In this document: positions 38,821 through 51,321 of the stretch, one piece after another
Position numbering within the stretch: position 1 is the first letter of the stretch
Layout: every line of letters begins with the position of its first letter
Assembly (NCBI RefSeq): GCF_006345805.1
Contig: NW_021833301.1
Span: forward strand, 1-64,000
Origin: Octopus sinensis
Lineage: Eukaryota
Reading direction: 5' to 3'
DNA length: 64,000 bases
Translations under genes and position numbers: made by a program
The notes under the pieces: model-generated
Seen by the model: the letters and a program-made list of their open reading frames with translations, nothing else
What the model was told of the DNA's origin: nothing
Database searches by the model: none

Positions 38821-39164
38821 ATATATATATACATGAATACATATATGCATACAATACATATAGCAAGAGAGAGAGGGAAAGAGACACGGACAGAGAGAGA
38901 AAAAGTGACGTATATAAAATAGATAGCTAACTAGAATAACCAAGGTTAGAAGGAAGCATGAGAAAATATTGCTGGAAGGTGAAAGAAAGGCATTTGAAAA
39001 GAATCAACAGACAAACAAAATGCTTAAATTACAATGTTAATGATACATTTATTTTGTAAACAATGTAATTTTGTTTTAACTAATTATCCGAGAGAAAATG
39101 ATAAATTTAATGTAACCTTTTCTAAATACAGTTCACAAATCATTGTCGTTGTTGTTGTTGTTGT

Positions 39165-39195
<31 letters not shown>

Positions 39196-39349
39196 AATGA
39201 CGATGACGTTGTTGCTGTTGTTGCTGTAGCTGTTGTTCTTCTTCTTTTTCCTTTTCTTCTTTTTCTCTTTGTTCTTGAAGTTATCCGTACAACTTTATGT
39301 TTTGGTTCGGTATTTTACTTGTTGCTAACGATGATGAGGATGATGATGA

Positions 39350-39408
<59 letters not shown>

Positions 39409-39560
39409 TGTTGTATATATTATATATATATATATATATCTATATATATATATATATATATATAACGGGAAGCTTTATGAAAATAAACAAAAGACGAAGG
39501 CAGGTGGAAAACAAACGAACAATTGTATTAGTATGGCGCCAGGAAATATAAATAAAACAA

Positions 39561-39600
39561 GTCTTTAACGTTTCGAGCCTACGCTCTTCAACAGAAAGAT
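39561..39600 (-). ncRNA. Hammerhead-like motif with variant core CUGUUGA
   Basis: Reverse complement: atcttt|CTGTTGA|a|gagc gtag gctc|GAAA cg T T|aaagac; within a ~160-bp element (39465-39625) abutting (TA)n. Confidence 0.55.
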
Positions 39601-39907
39601 ACACAGAGAGAGAAAAACACACACATACATACATATATACATATATACGCATACATATATATATGTATATATATATGTATATATATGCGAATATAAACAA
39701 GAAGGGTAGTAATATTAGTTACTACCAGGTGCCCAGCACAAAAGACGAATTAGTCATAAGACAAAATATTATTCATATAGAAAAATATTATTCATGTAGT
39801 AATACAATTAAGGGCTCCTAAATTAGGATGCCGAGTGCTGGGAACACAAAAAGGAGATGAATTTATCGAGAGTGAAAATCAAAAACGTTTACCGATAACT
39901 TTAACAC

Positions 39908-39981
39908 CTCGGACTGATCAGTTTCTGCCTCTTTCTAGCAAAACACAGAATATGTTTGCTAAGGCTGGCTTCATCAACGAG
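39908..39981 (-). ncRNA. Type-I hammerhead motif with extended stem II
   Basis: Reverse complement: ctcg|TTGATGA|a gcc..tagcaaa..tttgcta..ggc a|GAA ACTGATCAGT C|cgag; perfect 10-nt palindromic stem III, GUC triplet, 4-bp stem I. Confidence 0.7.
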
Positions 39982-40155
39982 TCGCCTAAATTGAATCGAG
40001 GTCTGCAGCGTATATATATAAATATATATATAGCAATAATAAATCTTTGAGCGTGACGTATACAGTAGCAGCACGGACATGTCTTCCTGGGGCTATAAAC
40101 AACAGTAGCATCGTCCCCTATAGATCCACCACATTTAGGTGGCAAATATACTTCA

Positions 40156-40211
<56 letters not shown>

Positions 40212-40651
40212 CTGTGTTCTAATGTGCCATGAATAACAATAAATTAAGAGGCATGAACATCCCTCAACCTCATTCCGTTTTGATAAAGATTTCGGCATTA
40301 TATCTAGATAAGTCATTAAAGAAATCAATACTTTTTAGTTAATCAGACTTATGATGAATTGTTCTTGCAACGACCATCTGTCTTCATTGTAGATATTACA
40401 TTATTCATCGTACGTTCATTTTATTTGTCGGTAGGATGGAACATGAAGAAAGTTTGGCTATAATTTTCTTGCACGAAGACTCCGTATTTCACAATTTAAG
40501 ACCAACAATTTAAGCCAAAATTTAAAGGTGACAATGACCTGTTTTCTCCAGAAGATTCAAATTTTCGTTTTTCTCATCAGATGCGCCATTCAGAAACCTA
40601 GAACGTCACCATACCTTGAACACGTTTGCTATTAATATTTAGTGTATTTTA

Positions 40652-41643
40652 AGGCGGCGAGTTGGCAGAAACGTTAGCACGCCGGGCGAAATGCTTCGCG
40701 GTATTTCGTCTCTCTTTACGTTCTGAGTTCAAATTCTGCCAATGTCGACTTTTCCTTTCATCTTTCCGAGATCGATTAAATAAGTACCAGTTACGCACTG
40801 GGGTAGATATAATCGACTTAATCCGTTTGTCTCTCCTTGTTTGGCCTCTCTGTGTTTAGCCCCTTGTGGGTAGTGAAGAAATAGGTGTAAGGCGGCGAGC
40901 TGGCAGAAACGTTAGCACGCCGGGCGAAATGCGTAACCGTATTTCGTCTGCCGTTACGTTCTGAGTTCAAATTCCGCCGAGATCGACTTTGCCTTTCACC
41001 CTTTCGGGGTCGATAAATTAAGTACCAGTTACGCACTGGGGTCGATGTAATCGACTTAATCCGTTTGTTTTTCCTTGTTTGTCCCCTCTGTGTTTAGCCC
41101 CTCGTGGGTAGTAAAGAAATAGGTATTTCGCCTGTCTTTACGTTCTGAGTTCAAATTCCGCCGAGGTAGACTTTGCCTTTCACCCTTTCGGGGTCGATAC
41201 ATTAAGTAGCAGTTGCGTACTGGGGTCGATCTAATCGACTGGCTCCCTCCCCAAAAATTTCGGGCCTTATGCCTAGAGTAGAAAAGAAAAGAATATTTAG
41301 GGCATTTTAAGGCGGCCAGCTAGCAGAAACGTTAGCACGCCGGGCGAAATGGTTAGCAGTATTTCGTCTCTCTTTACGTTCTGAATTCAAATTCCGCCAA
41401 GGTCGACTTTGCCTTTCATCCTTTCGGGATCGATTAAGTAGCAGTTTGCGTACTGGGGCCGATCTAATCGACTGGCCTCTTTCCCGAAAATTTCGGACCT
41501 TGTACCTTAAGTAGAAAAAATATATAGGGCGTTAAAACGCTGTAATTATTCCTTTCGTGGGCGATAAATTAAGTACCTGTTAAGTACTGGGGTCGATCTA
41601 ATCAACTGGCCCCCTCCCTCAAAGTTTCGGGTCTTATGCTTAG
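40652..41643 (+). mobile_element. Stacked SINE family A cluster (multimer with tails A and B, then monomer, then partial)
   Basis: Three heads (40653, about 40891, 41311) and five bodies; the motif aatatttag(g/t)g(c/t)(a/g)tt follows each block. Confidence 0.88.
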
Positions 41644-42665
41644 AATATTTAGGGCGTTGTACCTGAAAATTATTTTAAATAAACATTGAAAATAGTTCAG
41701 TTCTCCACATGCTGACACTCTAGCGTGATTCATATTTCGGTTGAAGATGTATCACTTTATTAACGCTATCAATGCTCCATCGAGATCCTAAAAACATTTT
41801 CTTTGTCCTACCTCCGCTAAAATAGTGTCCTTTCGTTTTACACACGGAGATATTAAAAATGGCATTTAATAATGGGAAATAGACTGATACGAGAATTAAA
41901 ACTAGGTTCTAGACATGTGCCAATCACGTTATTCATCTTACCAGGCAGAGAACTAATCACTACACTCTATCGTTTCTTATCCCCTAAATGTCTTACCTGT
42001 GAAATGTGTTCTCTGTACATATATTTCTTACAGTCATCGGCTTCCAACTAATAGGATCCTTTCTGTTGCTATATTATATTGACATTAATACCGTTAATTT
42101 TAATTACACAACTGCCTATCGGCTGTGGATATCACGCCAAGACAAGTAACTCAGAATAATGTAGTGTGTGCCGTTAGTTATAGAAATGGTAATGATGTTG
42201 GTGGATAAATAGCAAATTAAGAAACGAAGAGGAAAAAAGTAAGTATATAGAGTTAGAGAGAGAAGAATGTATAAAGATTGAGATAGAGAAAGGTTGTAAG
42301 TAAGCGTGAGAGAGATGAAAAGGAGAGTTGCAGAATTAGCGAAATCAATGAGATATTAATACGAAAAAGACGAGTAACACAATAGCGAGAGAGAGAGAGA
42401 GAAAGGAAAAGAAAAAAATGTGTTATGGTGAAAGCCAGAGAAAAAGAGAGAGGAATTTGAAGAAAATATAAACGAGAGAGAGAGAGAGAAAAGAGAGCGA
42501 GAAAAAGGGAAAGAGAGAAAAAAGTGAGAGAAAGGGAGAGAGAAAGCGGGAGAGAGAGAGAATAAGAGAATAGAACAGCAGAGACGTCGGCAATATTGCT
42601 ATTCATGGTAGTGATAATGGCGACGACGAGGTTGTTAAGAATAATGGAAAGTTTTGTTGTCGTTG

Positions 42666-42714
<49 letters not shown>

Positions 42715-43316
42715 GGTGGTAATGATGTTTGTTGTTGGTTGTCATAGAAGCTGTTGTCGCGTGCGAGACGGATCCGGCTATCGGCCGAGTGCATCGTGAC
42801 GATTGCACCACAATCCACCTCTAACAAGGCAGGGTGGGTAACGCTCCTCTGTCTAAGTGGCTATGACGGAAGAGCTTGTGTGGTGGACGAGGTCGAAAAC
42901 ATTGAGGACAGACACCTTCCTCTTCAGCCAATCCTTCATCTTTTTTTTTTTTTTTTTTTTTTTAATTTCCACTTAGAAAGGAAAGTAAGGGGCGAAGAAT
43001 GAATTGCTTTCTCGCAATGAATCTGTCAAAAGTTGGGTGACTGTTACAAAAATGTTACGCTCGATACAACAACTCTTGTTGATTGGAGAAAAATAACTGG
43101 GCGAGGACTTCTGCCCTCAGTGGCCAGGACAATCCTGGATTTGTTGGATTGTTTAATTGGCCCTAGCTGGAGTCCCTTCCTCTAACATCAACATTGCATG
43201 GTAGAAGTGTTCACACATCTTGTATACTAAGCGTACTTTTTATTTCATTTCTCTCGCCTTTCCCTTCTGCCCCCTATCTTTTATGTAAAACCCGACGCAT
43301 TCATCTGATTCCCGTC

Positions 43317-43640
43317 CATTGGACACTTTGCAACAAGTTTGGACTTGACAGAGCAAAAGTTTGGTACGACCTGAAGGCATCCTGGAAAATAGAAATGCAA
43401 AGATCCTATGGGATTTTATGATTCAGTGCGGCCATGAGTTAGAGAATAGGAAGCAAGACATAGTCTTAATTGAGAAAGAAAACAAATTATGCTTGATCAT
43501 AGATATAGCATGCCCCAGCTGAAAAAAAAGTATGCGATAAGGAGGAAAGAAAAGTCGAGAGGTTAGCTTAGGAAGTTAAGCAGCTGTGGCCGATGAAAAA
43601 GGTGGTGATGGTAGTGGCACGGATTGCGGTAGGGGGGTAG
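43317..43640 (+). mobile_element. R4/Dong-clade non-LTR retrotransposon remnant (restriction-like endonuclease domain)
   Basis: HWTLCNKFGLDRAKVWYD / PEGILENRNAKILWDFMIQCGHELENRKQDIVLIEKENKLCLIIDIACP, matching the HW-LC..KILWD..RPDI..IIDIA-P pattern of R4-type RLE elements. Confidence 0.8.
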
Positions 43641-44769
43641 CAATGGTGGCGACGGCAGCAACGGTGACGCTGGCGGGGGCAGCCGCCGTGGTGATGGTGG
43701 TGGTGGTAGGTTTTCATAGTAATGGTGACGACTACGACGACGACGACGATGATGATGGTGATGATGACAATGATGCTGCTGATGGTGGTGGTGGTAGTGG
43801 TGGTGGTGGTGGTGGTGGTGGTTAAATCACGAATGGGTGGCGGCAATGGTTGTGACGGCAGCAATGGCGACGATAGCGGCGGTAGCGCTATGGTGATGGT
43901 GGTGATGGTAGTCTTCACTGTAATGGTGACGACGAAGACGACGATGATGATGATGGTGGGATGGTGGGATGGTGGGGTGGTAGTGGTAGTGGCGGTGGTG
44001 GTTTTTGGTGGTGGTGGCACAGATCGCGATGGGATGGCGGCAATAGTGGCTACGGCAGCAACGGTGACGGTGACGGCAGCAGCGACCATAGTGATGGTGG
44101 TGGTGGTCTTTTACTGTAATGGTGACGACGAAGGTGACGACGACGATGATGATGGTGCGGGTGCTGGTAGTGATGGTCGTGGTGGTGGTGGTGGTGGTGG
44201 TGGTGGTGATGGTGGTGTTGGTGATGGTGGTGGTGGTGGTGGCAGTTTTTCATGGTAATGGTGACGACGACGACGATGATGATGCTGATGGTGATGGTGG
44301 TGGTGGTGGTGGTGGTGATGGTGGTGGTGGTGGTGGTGGTGGTGGGAGCGGTGGCGATGGTCGTAGCAGTGATGGAGTTGTAATTGTTGCGAAGTGGAAG
44401 CGTGGAGGATGAGCCACTTTTATATCTGTTGCTGTTCCTCCTGTTGCCGTTAGTTACTGTATCTGGTTGTTACGGTTAATACTGTTGCAACTCCTACCAC
44501 GTCTGCTACTGCTGCTATTAATGCTGCTGCTGATGGTGCTGCTGCTGCAATCGTTGTTGTTGTTATTGTTGTTGTTGTTGCACCATATATAAACAACACA
44601 TCAATAAACTTAGCCTACGGCTTTGATGTTTTTCAAAGATTTCGTGTCTTGTATTTAATTATATAAATTAACAATGATGGAGAGTGTAAGACAAGGGGGG
44701 GGGATAATCACCTTGGTGTTGCTGTTGGTTTACCATGGAAATGATGGATGTAGTGGTGGAGGTTGTGGT

Positions 44770-44806
<37 letters not shown>

Positions 44807-44961
44807 GTAGTGGTGTGATGGTGGTGGTGGTGATGGTGTTGGTGGAGTTTTTGTTACCGGGCAGATATGGTTAGCATGGCGACGATGATACTACAAGGAT
44901 ACAAATTATTATTGATGTCGGTTAAGCTGCTGCTGCTGCTGCTGCTGGTGTTATTATTGTA

Positions 44962-44997
<36 letters not shown>

Positions 44998-45169
44998 GGT
45001 GGTGGTGGTGGTGGTGGTAGTGACTGTGAGGGCGATGATGGAGGTGGTACGTCTGTTGATAGCAATTGTGATGCTGGGTGTGTTGGTGATTGCATCAGAG
45101 GTCATGGTGGCGATTCTAGTCGCTGCACCAGTGGCAATAAGGATGTTCATGGTGGTACTGGTATTGTTG

Positions 45170-45200
<31 letters not shown>

Positions 45201-45280
45201 CCGTCATCGTTGTTGTTGTCGTTGCGGTTATAGTTGTGGTGGTCGTTGTGGTGATGGTAAAGATCATACGAGAATGTTGC
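43590..45280. repeat. GGT/GAT/GAC/GTT low-complexity region with a degenerate ~140-200 bp higher-order unit
   Basis: (gt)(c/t)tt..taatggtgacgac recurs near 43710, 43911, 44106 and 44245. Confidence 0.8.
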
Positions 45281-45377
45281 TAGCTCTTATTGTTATTTAA
45301 CCCCAAGTCAACCTGCCAGAGCAATCCTATAACCCACAGTATTCCATCCGTGACAAATTCAATTCTTTTTCCCTATA

Positions 45378-45785
45378 TAGGCGTAGGAGTGGCTCTATGG
45401 TAAGTAGCTTGCTTACGAACTACATGGTTCTGGGTTCAGTCCCACTGCGTGGCACCTTGGGCAAGTGTCTTCTACTATAGCCTTGGGCCAACCAAACCCT
45501 TAGCGAGTAGATTTGGCAGATGGAAACTGAAAGAAGCCCGTCGTATATATGTATATGTATGTGCGTGTATATGTTTGTGTGCTTGTGTTTGTCCCTCCAG
45601 CATTGTTTGACAATCGATGCTGGTGTGTTTACGTCACCGTAACTTAGCGGTTCGGCAAAAGAGGCCGATTGAATAAGTACTAAGCTTACAAAGAAAAAGT
45701 CCTGGGGTTGATTTGCTCGACTAAAAGAGGTACTCCAGCATGGCCACAGTCAAATGACTGAAACAAGTAAAAGAGTAAAAGAGTA
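45378..45785 (+). mobile_element. SINE family B, full length
   Basis: Matches 13987-14400. A partial copy follows at 46015-46175. Confidence 0.88.
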
Positions 45786-46559
45786 AATAGTATATGAAGA
45801 GAGCTTGGGACCGATAACGTCATCCAACGGAACCAATTTTAAGACTGTAAGAGTATGAATTGGGATTTTATTGACTGCTGTTTCTTACAGTGGGAGAGTA
45901 GAAGCTCTCTAAATGATTACGATGTTGTTGTTATTATTGTTGTTGTTGCTGTTGATGTTGGTGGTGATGGTGGTGGTGACTAATAGGATAGCAGTTATAC
46001 TTTAGCTAAAAATGTAGCCTGTGTGGCAAGTAGCTTGTTTACCAACCATATGTTTTTGAGTTCAGTCCCACTGCGTGGCACCTTGGGCAAGTGTCTTCTA
46101 CTGTAGCCTCAGGCTGACCAAAGCCTTCTGAGTGGATTTGGTAGAGGGGGAAACTAAAAGAAGCCCGTCGTATATATATTTCTTTCACCACACCACCACA
46201 CAACACCACCACACCACAACACACCACAACACAACACCACACCACATCGCACCACCCTACTCACACTAGCATTCACCACTTCCCAGTACCCACACCCCAC
46301 CACACACCACCACACCACACCACATCACACCACCCTGCACACACTAGCACTGACCACTTCCCAGCACCCACACCATCATCCACACACTTACGCATGCACA
46401 CACCCACACGGCAAGGTAACCAGCCCCTATCCACACGCACATACACATTCCCACATACACACGCACGCGCACTTCCATTTTGGGATCACCACTAATTTAT
46501 TATCTCCCCTTCTCCCTAAATCTCCCGTCTGACCACCTCTGTCCGGCCATCGCCATTAT

Positions 46560-46738
46560 CGACCGCTACCTACTAAAGCTTTTTTTATATTTTCTGTCTG
46601 TTTCTTTCCTCATGTTCCTCTCTGTTGAGGAGCGTTGGCTCGACATTTAAAAGACTTTCTCACCTTCCCGAGCTTTAAAATAATGCACCTGTTTGTTGTT
46701 TATACACCTGTCTTCGTTTTTTGTTTTCTGTAAATTCC

Positions 46739-46740
<2 letters not shown>
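46560..46740 (+). mobile_element. Short Penelope-like piece with degenerate CUGUUGA hammerhead
   Basis: Same family as 39465-39625 and 49760-49935 (ctgttga g gagcgttggctc..aagact..acacctgtcttcgttttttg); GAAAC is decayed; ends at (TA)n. Confidence 0.6.
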
Positions 46741-46828
<88 letters not shown>

Positions 46829-47002
46829 ATGATATATATATGTGTGTGGGTATGTTTCTATGTCTCTGTCCCCCTCACCATCGCTTGACAACCGATGCTG
46901 GTGCGTTTACGCACCGTCACGTAGCGGTTCGACTAAAATTCCGTTTTGCTTTTATACTTCTTAGATTTACTTCCACTCTATTATCCAATAATTCCATTCT
47001 GT

Positions 47003-47262
47003 AAGTCGGTGAGCCGGCAGAAACGTTAGCACGCCGGGCGAAATGCTTAGCGGTATTTCGTCTGCCGTTACGTTCTGAGTTCAAATGACGCCGAGGTCGA
47101 CTTTGCCTTTCATCCTTTCGGCGTCGATAAATTAAGTACCAGTTACGCCCTGGGGTCGATATCCTCAACTTGATCCGTTTGTCTGTCCTTGTATGTCCTC
47201 TCTGTGTTTTGCCCCTTGTGGGTAGTAAAGAAATAGGTATTTCGTCTGTCTTTATGTTCTGG
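47003..47262 (+). mobile_element. SINE family A with tail A plus the start of a second body
   Basis: Tail gtcctctctgtgttttgccccttgtgggtagtaaagaaata followed by ggtatttcgtctg. Confidence 0.85.
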
Positions 47263-47276
47263 TTTTGTCTCGAATT

Positions 47277-47311
<35 letters not shown>

Positions 47312-49356
47312 TATATATATATATATTATAATATATATATTATAATATATATATATATATATATTGTATCTATTGATATATATAGGCTACAACAATTTCT
47401 CAGACGTTTCAAGCGTCCAGTGCTATATACGTTCTTATATTTCTTTTTTCCTTTCTTTTTTTTTAAGCCGAGTCCCCGAACTATGAAAACTTAAATACCC
47501 ATCTCTTCGGGGGATGATACAAAGATAAATCTCATGAGGAAATTCGTTTTTATCTATATAATCCATCGTCTACACATATTACCCCCCCCTCCTTTACATT
47601 GTGACTTCATTTCAGCCGATTTCGTCTTCGTCAGGTTTTTGTAATTTTTTTTTTTCATTATTTCATCTATCTCTGTCTTCCGGTGTCAATAAAATAAATA
47701 CCAGTAATGTACTGAGGTCGATGAATACGTAACCTTATGCTTATCTTCCAAGTCATTATATGCAATTAAAGAAATTTGATCAAGATAAATACAACAAAAG
47801 TAAATATAAAAAATAGCAACAAGAAAAAGAGAACAAAAAAAAACAAAAAAAAACAATGCTGTTAATAACATTGATAATGGCTGAATTATTAATTAAACGG
47901 AGCTGTAAGATGCAGAAGTATTAAAAAGAGTAACCACCTCTACCAGCTCAAGCTCAATAGCTGATTAAGCATCAGGCAAGTAATTAGCAAGCCTGGTGGG
48001 GCTTTCTTATCTATTATTCTTTTCGTTGTTTAAGATCGTTTGATCATCTCTAAAAGTGCATATTGCTTCTTGCGGTACCATCACTAATGCCAACATCGCC
48101 GCCGCTGCTGCCTCCGCCGCTCTCGCCGCAGCATCGGCTTCACCAAGACTGGCGCCAGCATCAGCACCAGTACCAGTTGCAGTACAGGCACCACTACTAC
48201 CACAACCAGCACCACGACCAGCACCACGACGACCACGACCACTTACCACGTTAACACCTTCGCTTCATCACCTACGACCAACAACAAAAGTGAAAGTCAC
48301 ACGTGAAATATTCCTTACAATTAACATCAGCGATTAACTTTACTACTACCACCACCACCACCTCGACCAACACCACCACCACCACCACAACCACCACCAC
48401 CATCAACACTACCACTACGAACTTAAGCTACAGGCTGGAATGGTCAATTTTGTCGGTGGCCCTCCATTTGATAGGGGCAGAAGGCAGTGCAACCTTTGTG
48501 TCTCCGAACTCTTCCATATTTTTTTGCCAGAGGCGGATGGTAAACGGGCTTTTACAGTCGGCTTTTCGATGCCCCCATTGGCGGCGTTACACTATCTGGC
48601 TTTAAATAGCGTTTATAAATAATCCGGCACCCATAGCCCTTGGTAACAAATTCTGAAATAGCCTTTAAGATATCTACGATTAACCACTGCAAGGGGAATT
48701 ACTCCTGTAAGACAAACGGGGCTTGGTTTTTTCACAGCGGGGGTTTCCTTGACAAGGCAGGCTTAGATGAACACCCACCCACATAAAACATAATATATTA
48801 TTTTTTTTTTTTCTGCCACCCAACGGTTCTCACGGCAGTAGCCACTGACAGCCGAACGATCAAACGCACACACGTACACAAAAAATGTTTTCTACACCCT
48901 ACGCCAACACACACTATATAGAACAGTATACACGCACACACGTCTCTAAGTAGATTTTTTCTCGCCCCTTATAAAAACATCCAATATTCCTTAAATAGTC
49001 AGAACTTTATTCTCGGTCACAAAGAAACCTACACACCCTCACCCACATGATTGACCGATGCCTGACCCGTTAAATTCTTCAGCCACCGGTTCTCAACATA
49101 CACTGATAACAGTTTCGCCATGGGCTCTTAGGAGCATAGTTCGATTTGTTTTTGCTCCGCCTCTGTTCTGTTTTTGTTTTTCCAACGGATTTTCTATTTT
49201 CTTCCTGAAGAGAAGACACAATGGGTCCCATTATTCAATCGGATTTTGGTAATTTGTGCCTTTCGAAACACGTGTAGAATGAAATAAAACGATTTCTGTT
49301 CAATCTGCGTTCAGCTCCATTCTCTTTCTTCACCAATAATGTTTTATATATATATA

Positions 49357-49735
49357 CTAGCAGTATCGCCCGGCGTTGCTCAGGTTTGTAAGGGAAATAA
49401 CTATAAAGCATTTTTAGAGAGTTATAGCCAAAAAAAATAGCAAAAAAATGGAAAAAAAATGATGGTAATTTTTTTGAGAGTTAAAAAAGGTGGAGTTGCG
49501 TCCCCTAGACGGTCTGTGGTTTGGGTTTCTGATTCTCGACCCCATGTCGAATTTATCGATTTTTTTCAGAACTGGGGGAACTTTTCAAAATTTTCGCTGC
49601 GTTAGTTTTGAATTATGACATTGGGCTATGTATGTGTCAAGTTTCATCAGAATCGGTTGAAAGCCGTGGTCAGAGTGATGGTACGAGAAAACAGACACAC
49701 AGAAAACGCACAGACAAACTGCCGTTTATATAGAG
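49357..49735 (+). mobile_element. Non-autonomous Helitron-like (Lep1/DINE-type) element
   Basis: 5' actagcagtatcgcccggcgttgc; 3' aagtttcatcagaatcggttgaaagccgtgg..acagacacacag..aactgccgtttatatag. No TIR or TSD; inserted in (TA)n. Confidence 0.6.
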
Positions 49736-49852
49736 ATATATATATATATATATATATATATTTAGGGAGAATTCACAAAAAAACAAAAGACGAAGACAGG
49801 TGGCGTGGACAACAAACAGATGTATTAGTATAACGCTCGGGAAGTGAAAAAA

Positions 49853-49891
49853 GTCTTTAACGTTTCGAGCCTACGCTCTTCCACAGAAAGG
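49853..49891 (-). ncRNA. Hammerhead-like motif with variant core CUGUGGA
   Basis: Reverse complement: cttt|CTGTGGA|a|gagc gtag gctc|GAAA cg T T|aaagac, in element 49760-49935. Confidence 0.55.
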
Positions 49892-50058
49892 AACACACAA
49901 AGAAACAAGGAGAGAAAATAAAGAATGTGTAGTGGCTATGCCTGTATCTATGTATGTATGAGTATATGAGAATATATATATATTGTGTACCGATCCGTGA
50001 TAGAACACTCAACAAAAGTAGTACTCCATCTGGTGAGAGATAAATATTATCATTTTAA

Positions 50059-50490
50059 GTTAACAATACATGTATTAAAGCGCTACTAATAGTGTCATAT
50101 TTTGCGAGAACCCAAACATTCTTCAGGCGCAAACTACATATCATAACGAACTTTTAAAAAATTGATTGAATAGCAGAAACGCGTTGAAGCTGAGAAGGCA
50201 GCATATAGAAAACGCCGGCAGTAAACAACGAAAAACGGAAAACGAAACTAAAGTGTCTAAAGGTAATATGTGGTATCCCCCTTAGGCTTTAAATGATAAG
50301 GCTGGGAACATGTCAAGTCAGTCAGGAATAGGCAGAATTTTCCAATACTTCAAAATATATTTATACACATGACGGCAAAAGCTGAAACTTTCTGACCTGG
50401 AGTTATGATATGTGATATTCGCCTGCAGAATATCTTTAAGTTCTCTCAACATATGGAACTATAGTAATGCTTTAATACACGTACTGTAAC
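50059..50490. repeat. Diverged ~90-bp inverted repeat pair (possible old MITE)
   Basis: The reverse complement of 50059-50147 aligns to 50402-50490 (gttatgatatgt..cgcctg.agaat..ttctc..gctttaataca). Confidence 0.55.
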
Positions 50491-50541
50491 GTTTAAATAG
50501 TTGTAATAATACTAATACCAATATATATATATATATATATA

Positions 50542-50582
<41 letters not shown>

Positions 50583-50622
50583 TGATATATGTTTTAGTAT
50601 ATGATTATAAATATACAATCTA

Positions 50623-50789
50623 TAGGCGTAGGGGTGAATGTGTTGTAAGTAGCTTGCTTACCAGCCACATGGTTCCAGATTCAATTCCATTCTGCGTGGC
50701 ATCTTCGGCTAGTATCTTCTACTATAGCTGCGGACCCGATTAAAGCCTTGTGTGTGGATTTGGTAGACAAAAACTGAAAGAAGCCCGTG

Positions 50790-50828
<39 letters not shown>

Positions 50829-51005
50829 CGTGCGTGTGTGTGTGCCTATGTTTGTCCCCCCACCATCGCTTGACAACCAATGCTGGTGTGTTTACTTCCT
50901 CGTAACTTAGGACTTCGGCAAATGTGACCGATAGAATAAGTTCGACTAAAGACCGTGGTCCAGCATGTCTGCAGTCAAATAACTGAAACAAATAAAAGAA
51001 TCAAA
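50623..51005 (+). mobile_element. SINE family B, degraded
   Basis: Head, body and tail are recognisable. Confidence 0.8.
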
Positions 51006-51321
51006 GAATTATATATAATTAAGGGCGCTGGACGGACAACACCTATTCGCCAGAAGTAGATGTCAAATATCTACACATCACTCTAAATTTGTTGTAATTT
51101 TTTGCAGAAGGAAATGGAAGATGTCGTGTTTTATTGCAAGGAAATGGAAAATTTCGTGCTTTATTATGAATATATATATATATGAGCCTGTAGCTCGAAA
51201 TATATATTCGATCATTCCTTCGTCATGTTTATGTGTGTGTGTGTATGTGTGTGTGTGTGCGTGCGTGTGTGTGTAAAAATATATATGTAGTTTTGATATA
51301 TATTGAATTGAACTGAATTGA

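Noticed and set aside
40560-40600. CTGATGA..GAAA on the minus strand as a hammerhead
   Set aside because: Stem II is 1 bp and stems I and III do not pair.
42700-43010. GC-richer stretch with 70-80 aa ORFs as a host exon
   Set aside because: No recognisable domain, no convincing splice-site pair, and the ORFs begin in microsatellite.
47610-47642. CTGACGA-agac-GAAA on the minus strand as a hammerhead
   Set aside because: There is no room for stem II, and no valid NUH triplet or stem I.
48007-48337. Ala/Pro-rich ORF resembling a transcription-factor low-complexity exon
   Set aside because: It is built from GCC/CCA/ACC repeat decay contiguous with a (CAC)n tract, with no domain or splice evidence.
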